The notes beneath the pieces were generated by a model. The model had not been told where the DNA came from. It did not search any database and saw nothing but the letters and a program-made list of their open reading frames with translations. A stretch of 38,764 nucleotides of DNA, from the sequence record GQ478081.1; one strand, given 5' to 3'. The position numbers were made by a program, and so were the translations under genes. Of this stretch, positions 1 to 7,734 are shown piece after piece. How positions within the stretch are numbered: the stretch's first letter is position 1; each line of letters starts with the position of its first letter. This stretch comes from Enterococcus phage phiFL1A.

Positions 1-1368
1 TTAATATCCTAAAAAATTTATTTTCAAATTTCCATCTGGATAAACCACAATATTTTTTATCACTTGCCGCCATAAAGAACTTTTTTCAGAAACAGTTAGC
101 TGTTTGTATCCATCTCTAAATTCAGCAGTAGAGTAGTTATGCAGTGAATTCAAATCAATTTTAGAAATTTTATTATCTTGTTCAGGAATTAAAAGTGCTT
201 CTAATTCTTCTCTGTCTTTTTTATATTCCTCTAATGTTATAACCTCATTTAGATAAGCTTTTTTTAGTCTATCTATTTTCTTTTTTATTTTATCGTTAGT
301 ATTCTTAGTTTTTTTTACTTCGGATTCTTGTTGCATTTTTACAGACAGCTCTTCTGCTTGTTTTTCAATATTTTCCAGAAGGAAATTTTCTAGTGTAGTT
401 TCATATATACCTTTTTTATTACTACATTTTTTTACGTTATTACGGTTTTTTGTGCATCTATATAAATGTCTTTCATTCGGGTTTGTCGTACCGTCTTTGC
501 GTACATATCGGCTAATAACCGCCGTGGCGGAATAATTACAACCACATTCACTACAAACTAACAATCCAGTAAACATATAGTCGCGTTTTTTATTCATACG
601 AATATTTTTTGAAAGTTGTAATTGTACTCTTTCGAATACGTCACGATCAATAATAGGTTCACAAAAATTTTTATTATCTCGTAATTCACCAATGTATTTT
701 CTATTAGTAAGCATTTGCCGAACGCTTTGATAATCTCTTGTCATGCTGAAATGATTTTCTAAATGTCTAACGGTGGCACGCATGCTACCAGTTTCTAAAT
801 AGTACTGGAAAATTTCTTTTACTATTTCAGCTTTTTCATTCGGAACAAGATGTTTGTCTTTGATATCGTAGCCAAGCGGTACTTTTCCACTAACAACTTC
901 ACCTTTTCGTATTTTATTATCGAAAACGGCACGAATTCTTTCAGAAGTCATCTGTGCTTCAAGCTCAGCAAAACCCATTGATTGATTTACAAATGAACGG
1001 CCCATTGCTGTTTCTGTGTTAAAGAAAGGTTGTGTAACGGCTAACCAAGTAACATTGTTTTTGTCTAGTATTTCTTGAATATTTAAATAATGACGTAAAT
1101 TTCTAAACCATCTATCTAATTTTGTAAATAAGATTGTATCGATTTTTCCTTTTTTAACATCATCTAATAATTTTTGAAATTCATCACGATATAGTTTCTG
1201 ACCTGAAATGCCATCATCTATATAAGTTTTGAATACTCTCATATTTCCTTGTTGTCTTACGTATTCATTTAAAGTGTGTTGTTGTTCATCCAAACTATCA
1301 CCATGTTTAGCTTGTTGATCTGTAGACACACGTATGTATAACGCAACTTGTTTTATTTCATTTGCCAT
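1..1368 (-). CDS. int: large serine recombinase (phage integrase)
   Basis: 455 aa. N-terminal resolvase-type catalytic region (ALYIRVSTDQQ... Ser nucleophile context). Long C-terminal recombinase/zinc-ribbon region (CSECGC...C..C) with terminal coiled coil. First gene of the minus-strand lysogeny module. Confidence 0.85.
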   Translation of the reverse strand: MANEIKQVALYIRVSTDQQAKHGDSLDEQQHTLNEYVRQQGNMRVFKTYIDDGISGQKLYRDEFQKLLDDVKKGKIDTILFTKLDRWFRNLRHYLNIQEILDKNNVTWLAVTQPFFNTETAMGRSFVNQSMGFAELEAQMTSERIRAVFDNKIRKGEVVSGKVPLGYDIKDKHLVPNEKAEIVKEIFQYYLETGSMRATVRHLENHFSMTRDYQSVRQMLTNRKYIGELRDNKNFCEPIIDRDVFERVQLQLSKNIRMNKKRDYMFTGLLVCSECGCNYSATAVISRYVRKDGTTNPNERHLYRCTKNRNNVKKCSNKKGIYETTLENFLLENIEKQAEELSVKMQQESEVKKTKNTNDKIKKKIDRLKKAYLNEVITLEEYKKDREELEALLIPEQDNKISKIDLNSLHNYSTAEFRDGYKQLTVSEKSSLWRQVIKNIVVYPDGNLKINFLGY

Positions 1369-1469
1369 TGTTTCACCTCATTATTTTTGGTAAAATAGGC
1401 GTAACTAAATAAGCCTATTTTGGTTCTATTTTTAACGCACATCTTCTTGGCCGGAGGGTGCGTTATTTT

Positions 1470-1814
1470 TTATTTTAAGTAAATTTCTTGGCCCATCTTT
1501 AAATTATAATGTGTAATTACATTAGAATAGTTAAATTGACCACCGTTCTTTTCGATTAAACATTCGAGCATATATTGTTCAGCTTCTGCTTCCATTTTTG
1601 ATCTGAAAATAGGAATGTTGTATAGTGCCATCAAATCAGCATGATCTTTCACGTGCTTAAATTCATGATAAATAGCTTCTTCTTGTTCTGCAGTAGATAA
1701 ATCTTGATTAATGAAAATTACACCATACTTTGGTTCGAAACAAGCCTTTTTGTGTAATGTAGTAAAAACTAACTCCACATTATATTCTTCCACCAACTCT
1801 TTGATACTTTTCAT
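1470..1814 (-). CDS. ImmA/IrrE-family metallopeptidase (anti-repressor protease partner of CI-like repressor)
   Basis: 114 aa with an HEFKH zinc-metallopeptidase motif. Located immediately downstream of the XRE repressor on the same strand, as in ImmR/ImmA pairs. Confidence 0.7.
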   Translation of the reverse strand: MKSIKELVEEYNVELVFTTLHKKACFEPKYGVIFINQDLSTAEQEEAIYHEFKHVKDHADLMALYNIPIFRSKMEAEAEQYMLECLIEKNGGQFNYSNVITHYNLKMGQEIYLK

Positions 1815-1832
1815 ATAAGCACAACCTTTAAC

Positions 1833-2165
1833 TTATTTCCCAAATCTACCCTTTAAATATGCACGTATAACTTCTCTGTCATGATCATCAAGTGGTTCAC
1901 CGTCAAAACTCATCACATTGTCTAAAACTTCATCCAAATCATCAGTTTTTTTTTCGACAAAAGGTTCTGGATTATCAACTATTCCTAAAATATAATCAGT
2001 GGAAATATTTAAATATTTAGCAACTTTAGTCAAATTTTCACCGCCAGGAGTTTTTTTCTTCCATCCATATAATACATTTTGACTAATTCCAACTCGATTT
2101 TCTAACTCATTAATGGAAATACCTCTACGGTCTGTAATTTTTTTTATTCTATCAAATGCTGTCAT
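1833..2165 (-). CDS. XRE-family HTH transcriptional repressor (CI-like)
   Basis: 110 aa. N-terminal helix-turn-helix (GISINELENRVGISQNVLYGW). Divergent from the early genes. RBS AAGGAG 7 nt before the ATG. Confidence 0.8.
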   Translation of the reverse strand: MTAFDRIKKITDRRGISINELENRVGISQNVLYGWKKKTPGGENLTKVAKYLNISTDYILGIVDNPEPFVEKKTDDLDEVLDNVMSFDGEPLDDHDREVIRAYLKGRFGK

Positions 2166-2194
2166 ATCAAAGCTCCTTAAAGCTTTACAGACCT

Positions 2195-2290
2195 ATTTTT
2201 TATTCTAAAGATTAATTTTTTGTCTAAAACGGTTGACTTTTAAACTTTAGAATAATATACTATGTCCGTAAGCTAATTTATTAGCTAATA
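2195..2290. promoter_or_regulatory. immunity switch: back-to-back promoters with inverted-repeat operators
   Basis: Rightward -35 TTGACT (2233-2238), 17-nt spacer, -10 TATACT (2256-2261). Candidate leftward -10 TAGAAT (complement of 2202-2207) feeds the CI-like gene. A 10-bp inverted repeat TATTCTAAAG (2201-2210) / CTTTAGAATA (2245-2254) brackets the -35. Palindrome ATTAGCTAAT at 2280-2289, within AGCTAAT-TT-ATTAGCT, recurs at 2435-2444. Confidence 0.35.
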
Positions 2291-2484
2291 AGTTCTCAAA
2301 TAAAACCAATAAATAAAACATAAAAAAATCGTTGGGGAACGGTAATAGTGTTTATTTACTAGTCTTTAAAAGGCTTATTTAACTATGGTTACATTTTAAT
2401 CTATAGGTTAAAATGTGTCAACAGGTTTTATAAAATTAGCTAATTTTTTAGCTTACAAATTAAAAATGAAAGGAAGTGAAGGGA

Positions 2485-2643
2485 ATGGATTTGATTGTGA
2501 CAGAACTAAATGAAGGGGAAAAATACTCAAATTCAAGCAAAACTGAATTGGTTAGTTTACTTATGGAAATTATTGATGAATCAGTTATCTATGTTGAAGT
2601 TAAAAAGAACCCGTCTAATAAAACAACGGGTTCAGACAATGAT
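2485..2643 (+). CDS. small acidic hypothetical protein (52 aa)
   Basis: ATG preceded by AGGAAG RBS with 8-nt spacing. Open for 52 codons. Not in the ORF track because it is under 60 aa. First ORF downstream of the rightward switch promoter. Confidence 0.3.
2607..2633 (-). terminator. rho-independent terminator for the minus-strand 92-aa gene
   Basis: Perfect 8-bp stem GAACCCGT/ACGGGTTC with 11-nt loop. Followed on the minus strand by a U-run (complement of GTTAAAAA). Lies just downstream of the stop of 2643..2921. Confidence 0.45.
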
Positions 2644-2921
2644 TAAAAAGTTCTAGATTCGCTTTTTAGCCACTTACAGGCACCTTCAGCTAGATTAAAA
2701 GAAGCCCAGTGTTTTTTTGTTTCAATCACTAACAAAGAATCATCTGAATCGATTTCTTTCTTTAATTTATCTCGAATTTCAGATGCACTTAAAGAGGAAT
2801 CTACTAACCAGAACGAATCAAATCTTTTTGAATAAGCACCAAGTGATTTAATTTTTTCATTCAAATCATCATAATCTTGATTTGGTTTTTTCAAATCATA
2901 GGTAATAGCGTAAACACTCAT
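2643..2921 (-). CDS. small ferredoxin-fold-like protein with VapD/Cas2-like N-terminus (uncertain)
   Basis: 92 aa. N-terminus MSVYAITYDL resembles VapD (MYAIAFDL...) and the Cas2 beta1-YD motif. A later DSLLVIE segment fits the Cas2-like pattern. Strong RBS AAGGTGGTGA, own promoter and leader. Minus strand, like the lysogeny genes. Confidence 0.5.
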   Translation of the reverse strand: MSVYAITYDLKKPNQDYDDLNEKIKSLGAYSKRFDSFWLVDSSLSASEIRDKLKKEIDSDDSLLVIETKKHWASFNLAEGACKWLKSESRTF

Positions 2922-2935
2922 AATATTTCACCACC

Positions 2936-2982
2936 TTATCAGTTATTTCAGCAGACCACTTGCTGATAATTAAATTATACCA
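2936..2982 (-). promoter_or_regulatory. extended -10 promoter (TGGTATAAT) plus conserved leader hairpin, copy 1
   Basis: On the minus strand TGGTATAAT (complement of 2974-2982) is followed by TTATCAG-[CAGCA AGTGGTC TGCTG]-AAATAACTGATAA, then RBS AAGGTGGTGA and the ATG of the 92-aa gene. The same leader recurs upstream of the KTSC gene with compensatory stem changes. Confidence 0.45.
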
Positions 2983-2998
2983 GAAAGGATGTGATTAA

Positions 2999-3175
2999 AT
3001 GTCACAAGACTTAGAACTTGAAGTAAGAGCTGCATTAGTAAAAGCAAAAAAAACTCAAACATGGTTAGCAGAAGAATTAGACCTTTCAAAGCCGTATCTT
3101 ACAGATATTTTGAAAGGGCGTAGAAGTCCGGAAAAACAAATCAAAAAAATCAAAAAAATCTTAAATATCAAGTGA
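2999..3175 (+). CDS. Cro-like small HTH protein (58 aa)
   Basis: ATG at 2999 with AAAGGA RBS. Sequence KTQTWLAEELDLSKPYLTDILKGRRSP is HTH_XRE-like. Divergent from the repressor side. Not in the ORF track (under 60 aa). Confidence 0.55.
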   Translation: MSQDLELEVRAALVKAKKTQTWLAEELDLSKPYLTDILKGRRSPEKQIKKIKKILNIK

Positions 3176-3185
3176 GGTGAATAAA

Positions 3186-3347
3186 ATGGCAGATCAAGTG
3201 AATATTGATTTATTAGGTCAAGCATATTGTAACGTTCTGACACGCAAAACAGGAATTAAACATACGTACACTATCAAAGGAAAGGATGGCGAAAAACAAA
3301 ATGAACAATTTAGTAATAATGAAAAATCACCAAGCAGTAACAAGTAG
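3186..3347 (+). CDS. possible small ORF (53 aa) overlapping the rha start
   Basis: Very good RBS GAGGTG 7 nt before the ATG at 3186. Overlaps the 5' end of the Rha ORF in another frame, so coding status is uncertain. Confidence 0.2.
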   Translation: MADQVNIDLLGQAYCNVLTRKTGIKHTYTIKGKDGEKQNEQFSNNEKSPSSNK

Positions 3348-4011
3348 TTTACAAGTTGCTGAAGTTTTTGGCAAAGAACACAAAGTTGTTCTAAAAGCCA
3401 TTGATGAAATAAAACAGGGGGTGGCACAAAATTATGCCGACCTATTTTACGAAGATACCTACATTCATCCACAAAACAAACAATCTTATCGCCAAGTAAT
3501 TATGAACCGTGACGGATTTACATTATTAGCAATGGGATTCACAGGTCAAAAAGCTTTGCAATTTAAATTGAAATATATTGAAGCTTTCAATCAAATGGAA
3601 AAAGAAATTCAACAGCCTAAACTTCCAACCTCGCAAAGAGAATTGGCGATGCTTGCTTTATCAGCAAATGAAGAAACAAATGAGCGTGTAGATGTAATCG
3701 AAAAAGAAGTAGCCAACTTAAAAGACAATCAAAAAATCGGTGCAGATGATTATAGCTACTTATCACGTCGAGTTCATCAACGAGTAGCAGAAGTTGCAAG
3801 AGGATTTGGGAAAATCACAAAGGAACAGCGTGGAAAGTTATACAAAGATATTAATTCAGGTATTAAGCAAATCACAGGCGTGGGTACCCGATCACAATTA
3901 AGAGAAAAACATTATCCAATGGTAATTGAATATATCAATGACTGGGAGCCATCCACAGCCACAAAAACAGTTGTAAGACAAATGAGTTTAGACTTAAACG
4001 ACGTAATATAA
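3286..4011 (+). CDS. Rha-family phage regulatory protein / antirepressor
   Basis: N-terminal Phage_pRha-type motif (NLVIMKNHQAVTSSLQVAEVFGKEHKVVLKAI). C-terminal ORF6C-like coiled region. Start may be the ATG at 3301 (MNNLV...). Confidence 0.8.
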   Translation: MAKNKMNNLVIMKNHQAVTSSLQVAEVFGKEHKVVLKAIDEIKQGVAQNYADLFYEDTYIHPQNKQSYRQVIMNRDGFTLLAMGFTGQKALQFKLKYIEAFNQMEKEIQQPKLPTSQRELAMLALSANEETNERVDVIEKEVANLKDNQKIGADDYSYLSRRVHQRVAEVARGFGKITKEQRGKLYKDINSGIKQITGVGTRSQLREKHYPMVIEYINDWEPSTATKTVVRQMSLDLNDVI

Positions 4012-4021
4012 GGAGAATATT

Positions 4022-4207
4022 ATGGCTTATACGATTGATCAAGAAGCTTGGATACTTAATCAAATAAAAAAAGAACGTAAACAGCTTCAAGATGATAGAG
4101 CAGCACTCAGACAATCTGAACAATTAACGGAAAATAAAGCAGTTCAAATCGAAATAGAGCTTGAATTTTTAAGAGGTTTAGAAATTCAAAATAGAATTCA
4201 TGCATAG
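4022..4207 (+). CDS. hypothetical coiled-coil protein (61 aa)
   Basis: ORF with AAGGAG RBS. Heptad-like charged sequence. Confidence 0.5.
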   Translation: MAYTIDQEAWILNQIKKERKQLQDDRAALRQSEQLTENKAVQIEIELEFLRGLEIQNRIHA

Positions 4208-4217
4208 GAGGTTAATC

Positions 4218-4391
4218 ATGAAAGAAAATGAATTCAACGAAGAAAGAAAACAAAAAATATATGAATTAGCATTGGAAATTGTAGAGCTATTAAAAGAACA
4301 TGGTAATCCTAATATGAAAATTGAAATTAGCATAGATAGAATCGAACAAACAAGTGTTGACTGGTCAGAGCCAACACCTGCATGGGACTGA
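4218..4391 (+). CDS. hypothetical protein (57 aa)
   Basis: ATG at 4218 after RBS AGGAGG (GCATAGGAGGTTAATCATG). The track start at 4200 is probably too far upstream. Confidence 0.5.
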   Translation: MKENEFNEERKQKIYELALEIVELLKEHGNPNMKIEISIDRIEQTSVDWSEPTPAWD

Positions 4392-4598
4392 TTAGTATCC
4401 ACGTCTGAAAGGGTACCTTTTAATATTTTGATGATAGTAGCTACCTTTTGAAGAAGACGACAATAGTCCCTCGTAAATATAATGAGGCACACCTGTATGC
4501 GTATAAACACCGTTGTGGAATTGGACCGTCAACTCTTGATTGGATGAATTATATCCAACAGCAACCATATTACTAGAAGAAACAGGAATCATTTCCAC
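4392..4598 (-). CDS. KTSC-domain protein
   Basis: 68 aa with the KTSC pattern (VGYNSSNQELTVQFHNGVYTHTGVPHYIYEGLLSSSSKGSYYHQNIKRYPF). GTG start after RBS AAGGTGGTGA. Opposite strand to the surrounding early genes, with its own leader. Confidence 0.7.
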   Translation of the reverse strand: MEMIPVSSSNMVAVGYNSSNQELTVQFHNGVYTHTGVPHYIYEGLLSSSSKGSYYHQNIKRYPFRRGY

Positions 4599-4612
4599 TC
4601 ATATTCACCACC

Positions 4613-4646
4613 TTATTAGTTATTTCAGTGGACCACTCACTGATAA
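4613..4646 (-). promoter_or_regulatory. conserved leader hairpin, copy 2 (upstream of KTSC gene)
   Basis: Minus strand reads TTATCAG-[CAGTG AGTGGTC CACTG]-AAATAACTAATAAGGTGGTGAA. Same loop AGTGGTC as copy 1. Stem CAGCA/TGCTG is replaced by CAGTG/CACTG (two compensatory pairs). Candidate promoter -35 TTAACC / -10 TATAAT further upstream (complement of about 4660-4700). Confidence 0.4.
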
Positions 4647-4698
4647 GAGAATTTTAGCAAAAAAAAATTATATAAATCAATAGCATAGGAGGTTAACC

Positions 4699-4902
4699 AT
4701 GAAAGCAATACGTGAAGCACGATTGATAGGCGCATTTTTAGTGATGATTGCGCTAGGTGTGTTATTGAAAAATCACTTTTCAATGCCAATACTAGCAACG
4801 CTAAGTTCACCTTTCTTTATCCATTGGTTTTTTAACTGGGATGAAGCGAAGTATCAATACTCTAAAAAAGGAGGCGATAAAAACATTCCATTCATTAATT
4901 AA
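4699..4902 (+). CDS. small membrane protein (67 aa)
   Basis: RBS AGGAGG. One or two predicted TM helices (LIGAFLVMIALGVLL..., FFIHWFF). Ends ...IPFIN inside the 33-bp palindromic repeat. Confidence 0.5.
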   Translation: MKAIREARLIGAFLVMIALGVLLKNHFSMPILATLSSPFFIHWFFNWDEAKYQYSKKGGDKNIPFIN

Positions 4903-4916
4903 TTAATGAATGAATG
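4884..4916. repeat. 33-bp perfect repeat, copy 1 (CATTCCATTCATTAATTAATTAATGAATGAATG)
   Basis: Identical 33-mer at 21987-22019. Core 24-bp perfect palindrome CATTCATTAATTAATTAATGAATG contains TAA stops in all six frames. Confidence 0.6.
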
Positions 4917-5088
4917 GTATGTAGCTGTAGGTGAAGCTAGTAGAGAAACATATGTGATTGGAGAAACACAAGCGGAAGTCATGCGAAAGTTGTTTGAAGA
5001 ATATCCGTATGTTTCAGCTGATAAAAATGTTTATCCAGAGAGATTAAGCATAGTACAAAAAGAGCCCCAATCGTCTGCAAACGAATAG
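4906..5088 (+). CDS. hypothetical protein (60 aa)
   Basis: ORF starting MNEW within the palindromic repeat. No strong RBS. Acidic small protein. Confidence 0.4.
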   Translation: MNEWYVAVGEASRETYVIGETQAEVMRKLFEEYPYVSADKNVYPERLSIVQKEPQSSANE

Positions 5089-5142
5089 GGCAAATATTGA
5101 ACAAAAAAATCAAAAATTATTAACTAAGGAGAGTATATCAAA

Positions 5143-5466
5143 ATGAACGAAAAAATTCAAAATTTATTAATGGAACTTGTAAAAGAATGCCAGAAAGGAG
5201 AAGTTGCTCTTGTTTTAGCAACTGTTGATCCAGAAAGAATGGAACCATCCAGTGTTTTACTTGCAGGTTCTTTGCCTGAACAAGCAATTGCATTTAATGA
5301 ATTATTTGAAAAATTTAAAGAAGAAGCACTTGCTCATGATTGTAATTGTCCGCAATGTAAACAAATAAAAGAAGCACTTATTGGTGCAGAATCATCTTCA
5401 ACTAAACAAAATAATGAGAAAAAACTAGATATATTGTTAAAAGATTTTTTACGAGGTGAGTTGTAA
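5143..5466 (+). CDS. hypothetical protein (107 aa)
   Basis: ORF with AAGGAG RBS. Contains a C..C....C..C cluster (HDCNCPQCKQ). Confidence 0.55.
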   Translation: MNEKIQNLLMELVKECQKGEVALVLATVDPERMEPSSVLLAGSLPEQAIAFNELFEKFKEEALAHDCNCPQCKQIKEALIGAESSSTKQNNEKKLDILLKDFLRGEL

Positions 5467-5693
5467 TGATTGAAGTAAGAGGTTTAGGTAACGACATTTA
5501 CGAATTAATGCTAGCAAACGCACAGAATAACATTGTCCAATCTGTTCGGACATCTGCATCTTATGGCAATACAAGTTGTGTGGTAAGCAGTAAAGGAGCT
5601 ACAAAACCATTTTTAGATCAATTACAAATACAAGGTGTCGATTATATCGAATTGGAAGATGAAAAAATAAAACTATTTTGGGAGGGGTTGTAA
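5466..5693 (+). CDS. hypothetical protein (75 aa)
   Basis: ORF translationally coupled to the previous gene (TGTAATG overlap). Confidence 0.5.
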   Translation: MIEVRGLGNDIYELMLANAQNNIVQSVRTSASYGNTSCVVSSKGATKPFLDQLQIQGVDYIELEDEKIKLFWEGL

Positions 5694-5790
5694 TGCCTGA
5701 ATTTGATTCGCTAGGGGCAAGACAAGAGCCACCTGAAGAAAAAGAAGTGTTAGAGCTAACGTGGGAATACGATGAGGAGGAAGACGAAAG

Positions 5791-6732
5791 ATGATTCAAT
5801 CTACTTTATCCATGAGCCATCAAGAATGGCTTGAGGATAGGCGTAAAGGAATTGGAGGATCAGACGTTGCAACAATCTTAGGCTTGAATCAATATAAATC
5901 AGCTTATCAATTATGGCTAGAGAAAACAGGTCAAGTTGAGCTGAAAGATACAGAAAGCGAGCCAGCCTATTGGGGAAATGTTTTAGAAGAAGTTGTTGCG
6001 AAAGAGTTCCAAGAAAGAACAGGAAAAAAAGTTCGTCGTAGAAATCAAGTCTTCGAACATTCGCTCCATCCTTTTTTAAGAGCAAATATTGATAGAGAAG
6101 TGGTTAGAGAAAATGCCATTTTAGAATGTAAAACTGCGAATCAATTTTTAGCGAAGGAATGGGCAGGAGACGAAGTGCCATTGAGTTATCTTTGCCAAGT
6201 TCAGCATTATATGAATGTTTTGAATAAAGACTATTGTTATATTGCAGTTTTAATTGGTGGTCAGAAATTTATTTGGAAACGAGTAGAACGTGATCAAGAA
6301 TTAATCGATGTACTGACCGAGCAATTAGTTGATTTTTGGAAAAACAACGTAATCAAAGGCGTTGAACCTATTATTGACGGAAGTAAGGCAACAGCTGACT
6401 TTTTAAAGGATAAGTATAGCGATATAGAAGAAACGCAAACTACTTTACCTGCTTCATTCGATGAATTGATAGATCAAAAAAATGAAATGAAGAAAACCAA
6501 AAAAGAGTTGGATGTAGCTATTAGAAAAATTGAAAATGAAATAAAAAGCGAATTGGGAAAAAGAAATGCAAGCATTGGTATTACCAAAAAACATATTGTT
6601 GAGTGGAAGGAAATACCTACTAAAAGATTGAACAGTAAAAAGTTTGCTGAAAAATATCCTCAAATTGCAGAAGATGAAGAAATATATATGGTTACTACGC
6701 CACGAAGATTAATAGAAAAGGAGATTGAGTAA
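5791..6732 (+). CDS. YqaJ-like (lambda Exo-type, PD-(D/E)XK) recombination exonuclease
   Basis: YqaJ motifs GIGGSDVATILG, KTGQ, ILECKT. C-terminal coiled coil. Immediately upstream of RecT. Confidence 0.8.
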   Translation: MIQSTLSMSHQEWLEDRRKGIGGSDVATILGLNQYKSAYQLWLEKTGQVELKDTESEPAYWGNVLEEVVAKEFQERTGKKVRRRNQVFEHSLHPFLRANIDREVVRENAILECKTANQFLAKEWAGDEVPLSYLCQVQHYMNVLNKDYCYIAVLIGGQKFIWKRVERDQELIDVLTEQLVDFWKNNVIKGVEPIIDGSKATADFLKDKYSDIEETQTTLPASFDELIDQKNEMKKTKKELDVAIRKIENEIKSELGKRNASIGITKKHIVEWKEIPTKRLNSKKFAEKYPQIAEDEEIYMVTTPRRLIEKEIE

Positions 6733-6733
6733 A

Positions 6734-6829
6734 TGTGTAAAGTATGCCCAAGATGCAAAAGTAAAGTGAGAGATAAAAATTGGAAGTATTGTTCCATTTG
6801 TGGTTTGAAATTGAAGGAGGAAAAATAAT
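6734..6829 (+). CDS. possible zinc-ribbon micro-protein (31 aa)
   Basis: MCKVCPRCKSKVRDKNWKYCSICG: two CxxC pairs. Start overlaps the upstream stop (TAAATG). Confidence 0.3.
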
Positions 6830-6830
6830 A

Positions 6831-7721
6831 ATGGCAACAAACGAAACCTTAAAAAATCAATTATCACAACAAAATCAAAAACAAGTTCCTGCGAATCAAT
6901 TAGGTTTAAAAGGATTAATGAATACTCCTACTATGAAGCGGAAATTTGAGGAAGTTCTTCATGAAAATGCTAATGCTTTTATGTCAAATGTCATGACCTT
7001 AGTTTCTAATGATAGTTACTTGGCAGAAAGCGAGCCAATGTCTATTTTAAGCGGGGCTTTAACAGCTGCTACATTAAATTTAGGATTAGATAAAAATCTA
7101 GGTTATGCCTATCTCGTACCATTTAATACTAAAAATAAGCAGACTGGCAAATGGGAGAGGAAAGCTCAATTTATTTTAGGATATAAAGGATATATTCAAT
7201 TAGCTCAACGATCAGGCAAATATAAAGCATTAAATGTTATTGAAGTCTACGAAGGAGAGTTACTGAGTTGGAACAGATTAACGGAAGAATTTGAATTTGA
7301 TCCAAATGGTAGACAATCAGACGATGTAATCGGATATGTTGGATATTTTGAACTATTAAATGGATTTAAGAAAACTGTTTATTGGACCAAACAAGAAATT
7401 GAAGCTCATCGAATTGCAAATAGCAAAGACAAAGAAAAAACAAAATTGAGCGGTGTCTGGGCTACAGATTATAATGCGATGGCTCGTAAAACAGTATTAA
7501 GAAATATGTTATCAAAATGGGGAATTTTGTCCATCGAAATGCAAGAAGCGACAACTTCAGATGAAAAAGTTCAACAAATGCAAGAAGATGGAAATATTAT
7601 TTCCGAAACGGAAGTAGAAGAAAATACTACGATGAAAACAGCAGAAGTAATTAATGAAGCTGATTCAGATTCATTGAATCAAACAGATTTATTTGATACT
7701 AAAAATCCACCATTAGAGTAA
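6831..7721 (+). CDS. recT: RecT-family single-strand annealing protein
   Basis: RBS GAAGGAGG before the ATG at 6831. RecT-like core (LGYAYLVPFN..., GYKGYIQLAQRSG). Paired with the YqaJ exonuclease. Confidence 0.85.
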   Translation: MATNETLKNQLSQQNQKQVPANQLGLKGLMNTPTMKRKFEEVLHENANAFMSNVMTLVSNDSYLAESEPMSILSGALTAATLNLGLDKNLGYAYLVPFNTKNKQTGKWERKAQFILGYKGYIQLAQRSGKYKALNVIEVYEGELLSWNRLTEEFEFDPNGRQSDDVIGYVGYFELLNGFKKTVYWTKQEIEAHRIANSKDKEKTKLSGVWATDYNAMARKTVLRNMLSKWGILSIEMQEATTSDEKVQQMQEDGNIISETEVEENTTMKTAEVINEADSDSLNQTDLFDTKNPPLE

Positions 7722-7734
7722 AGAAGGAGATGTA

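Noticed and set aside
3055-3472. Minus-strand ORFs 3055..3243 and 3218..3472
   Set aside because: Antisense to the well-supported Cro-like and Rha genes. No RBS. Hydrophobic low-complexity translation typical of antisense reading of AT-rich coding DNA.
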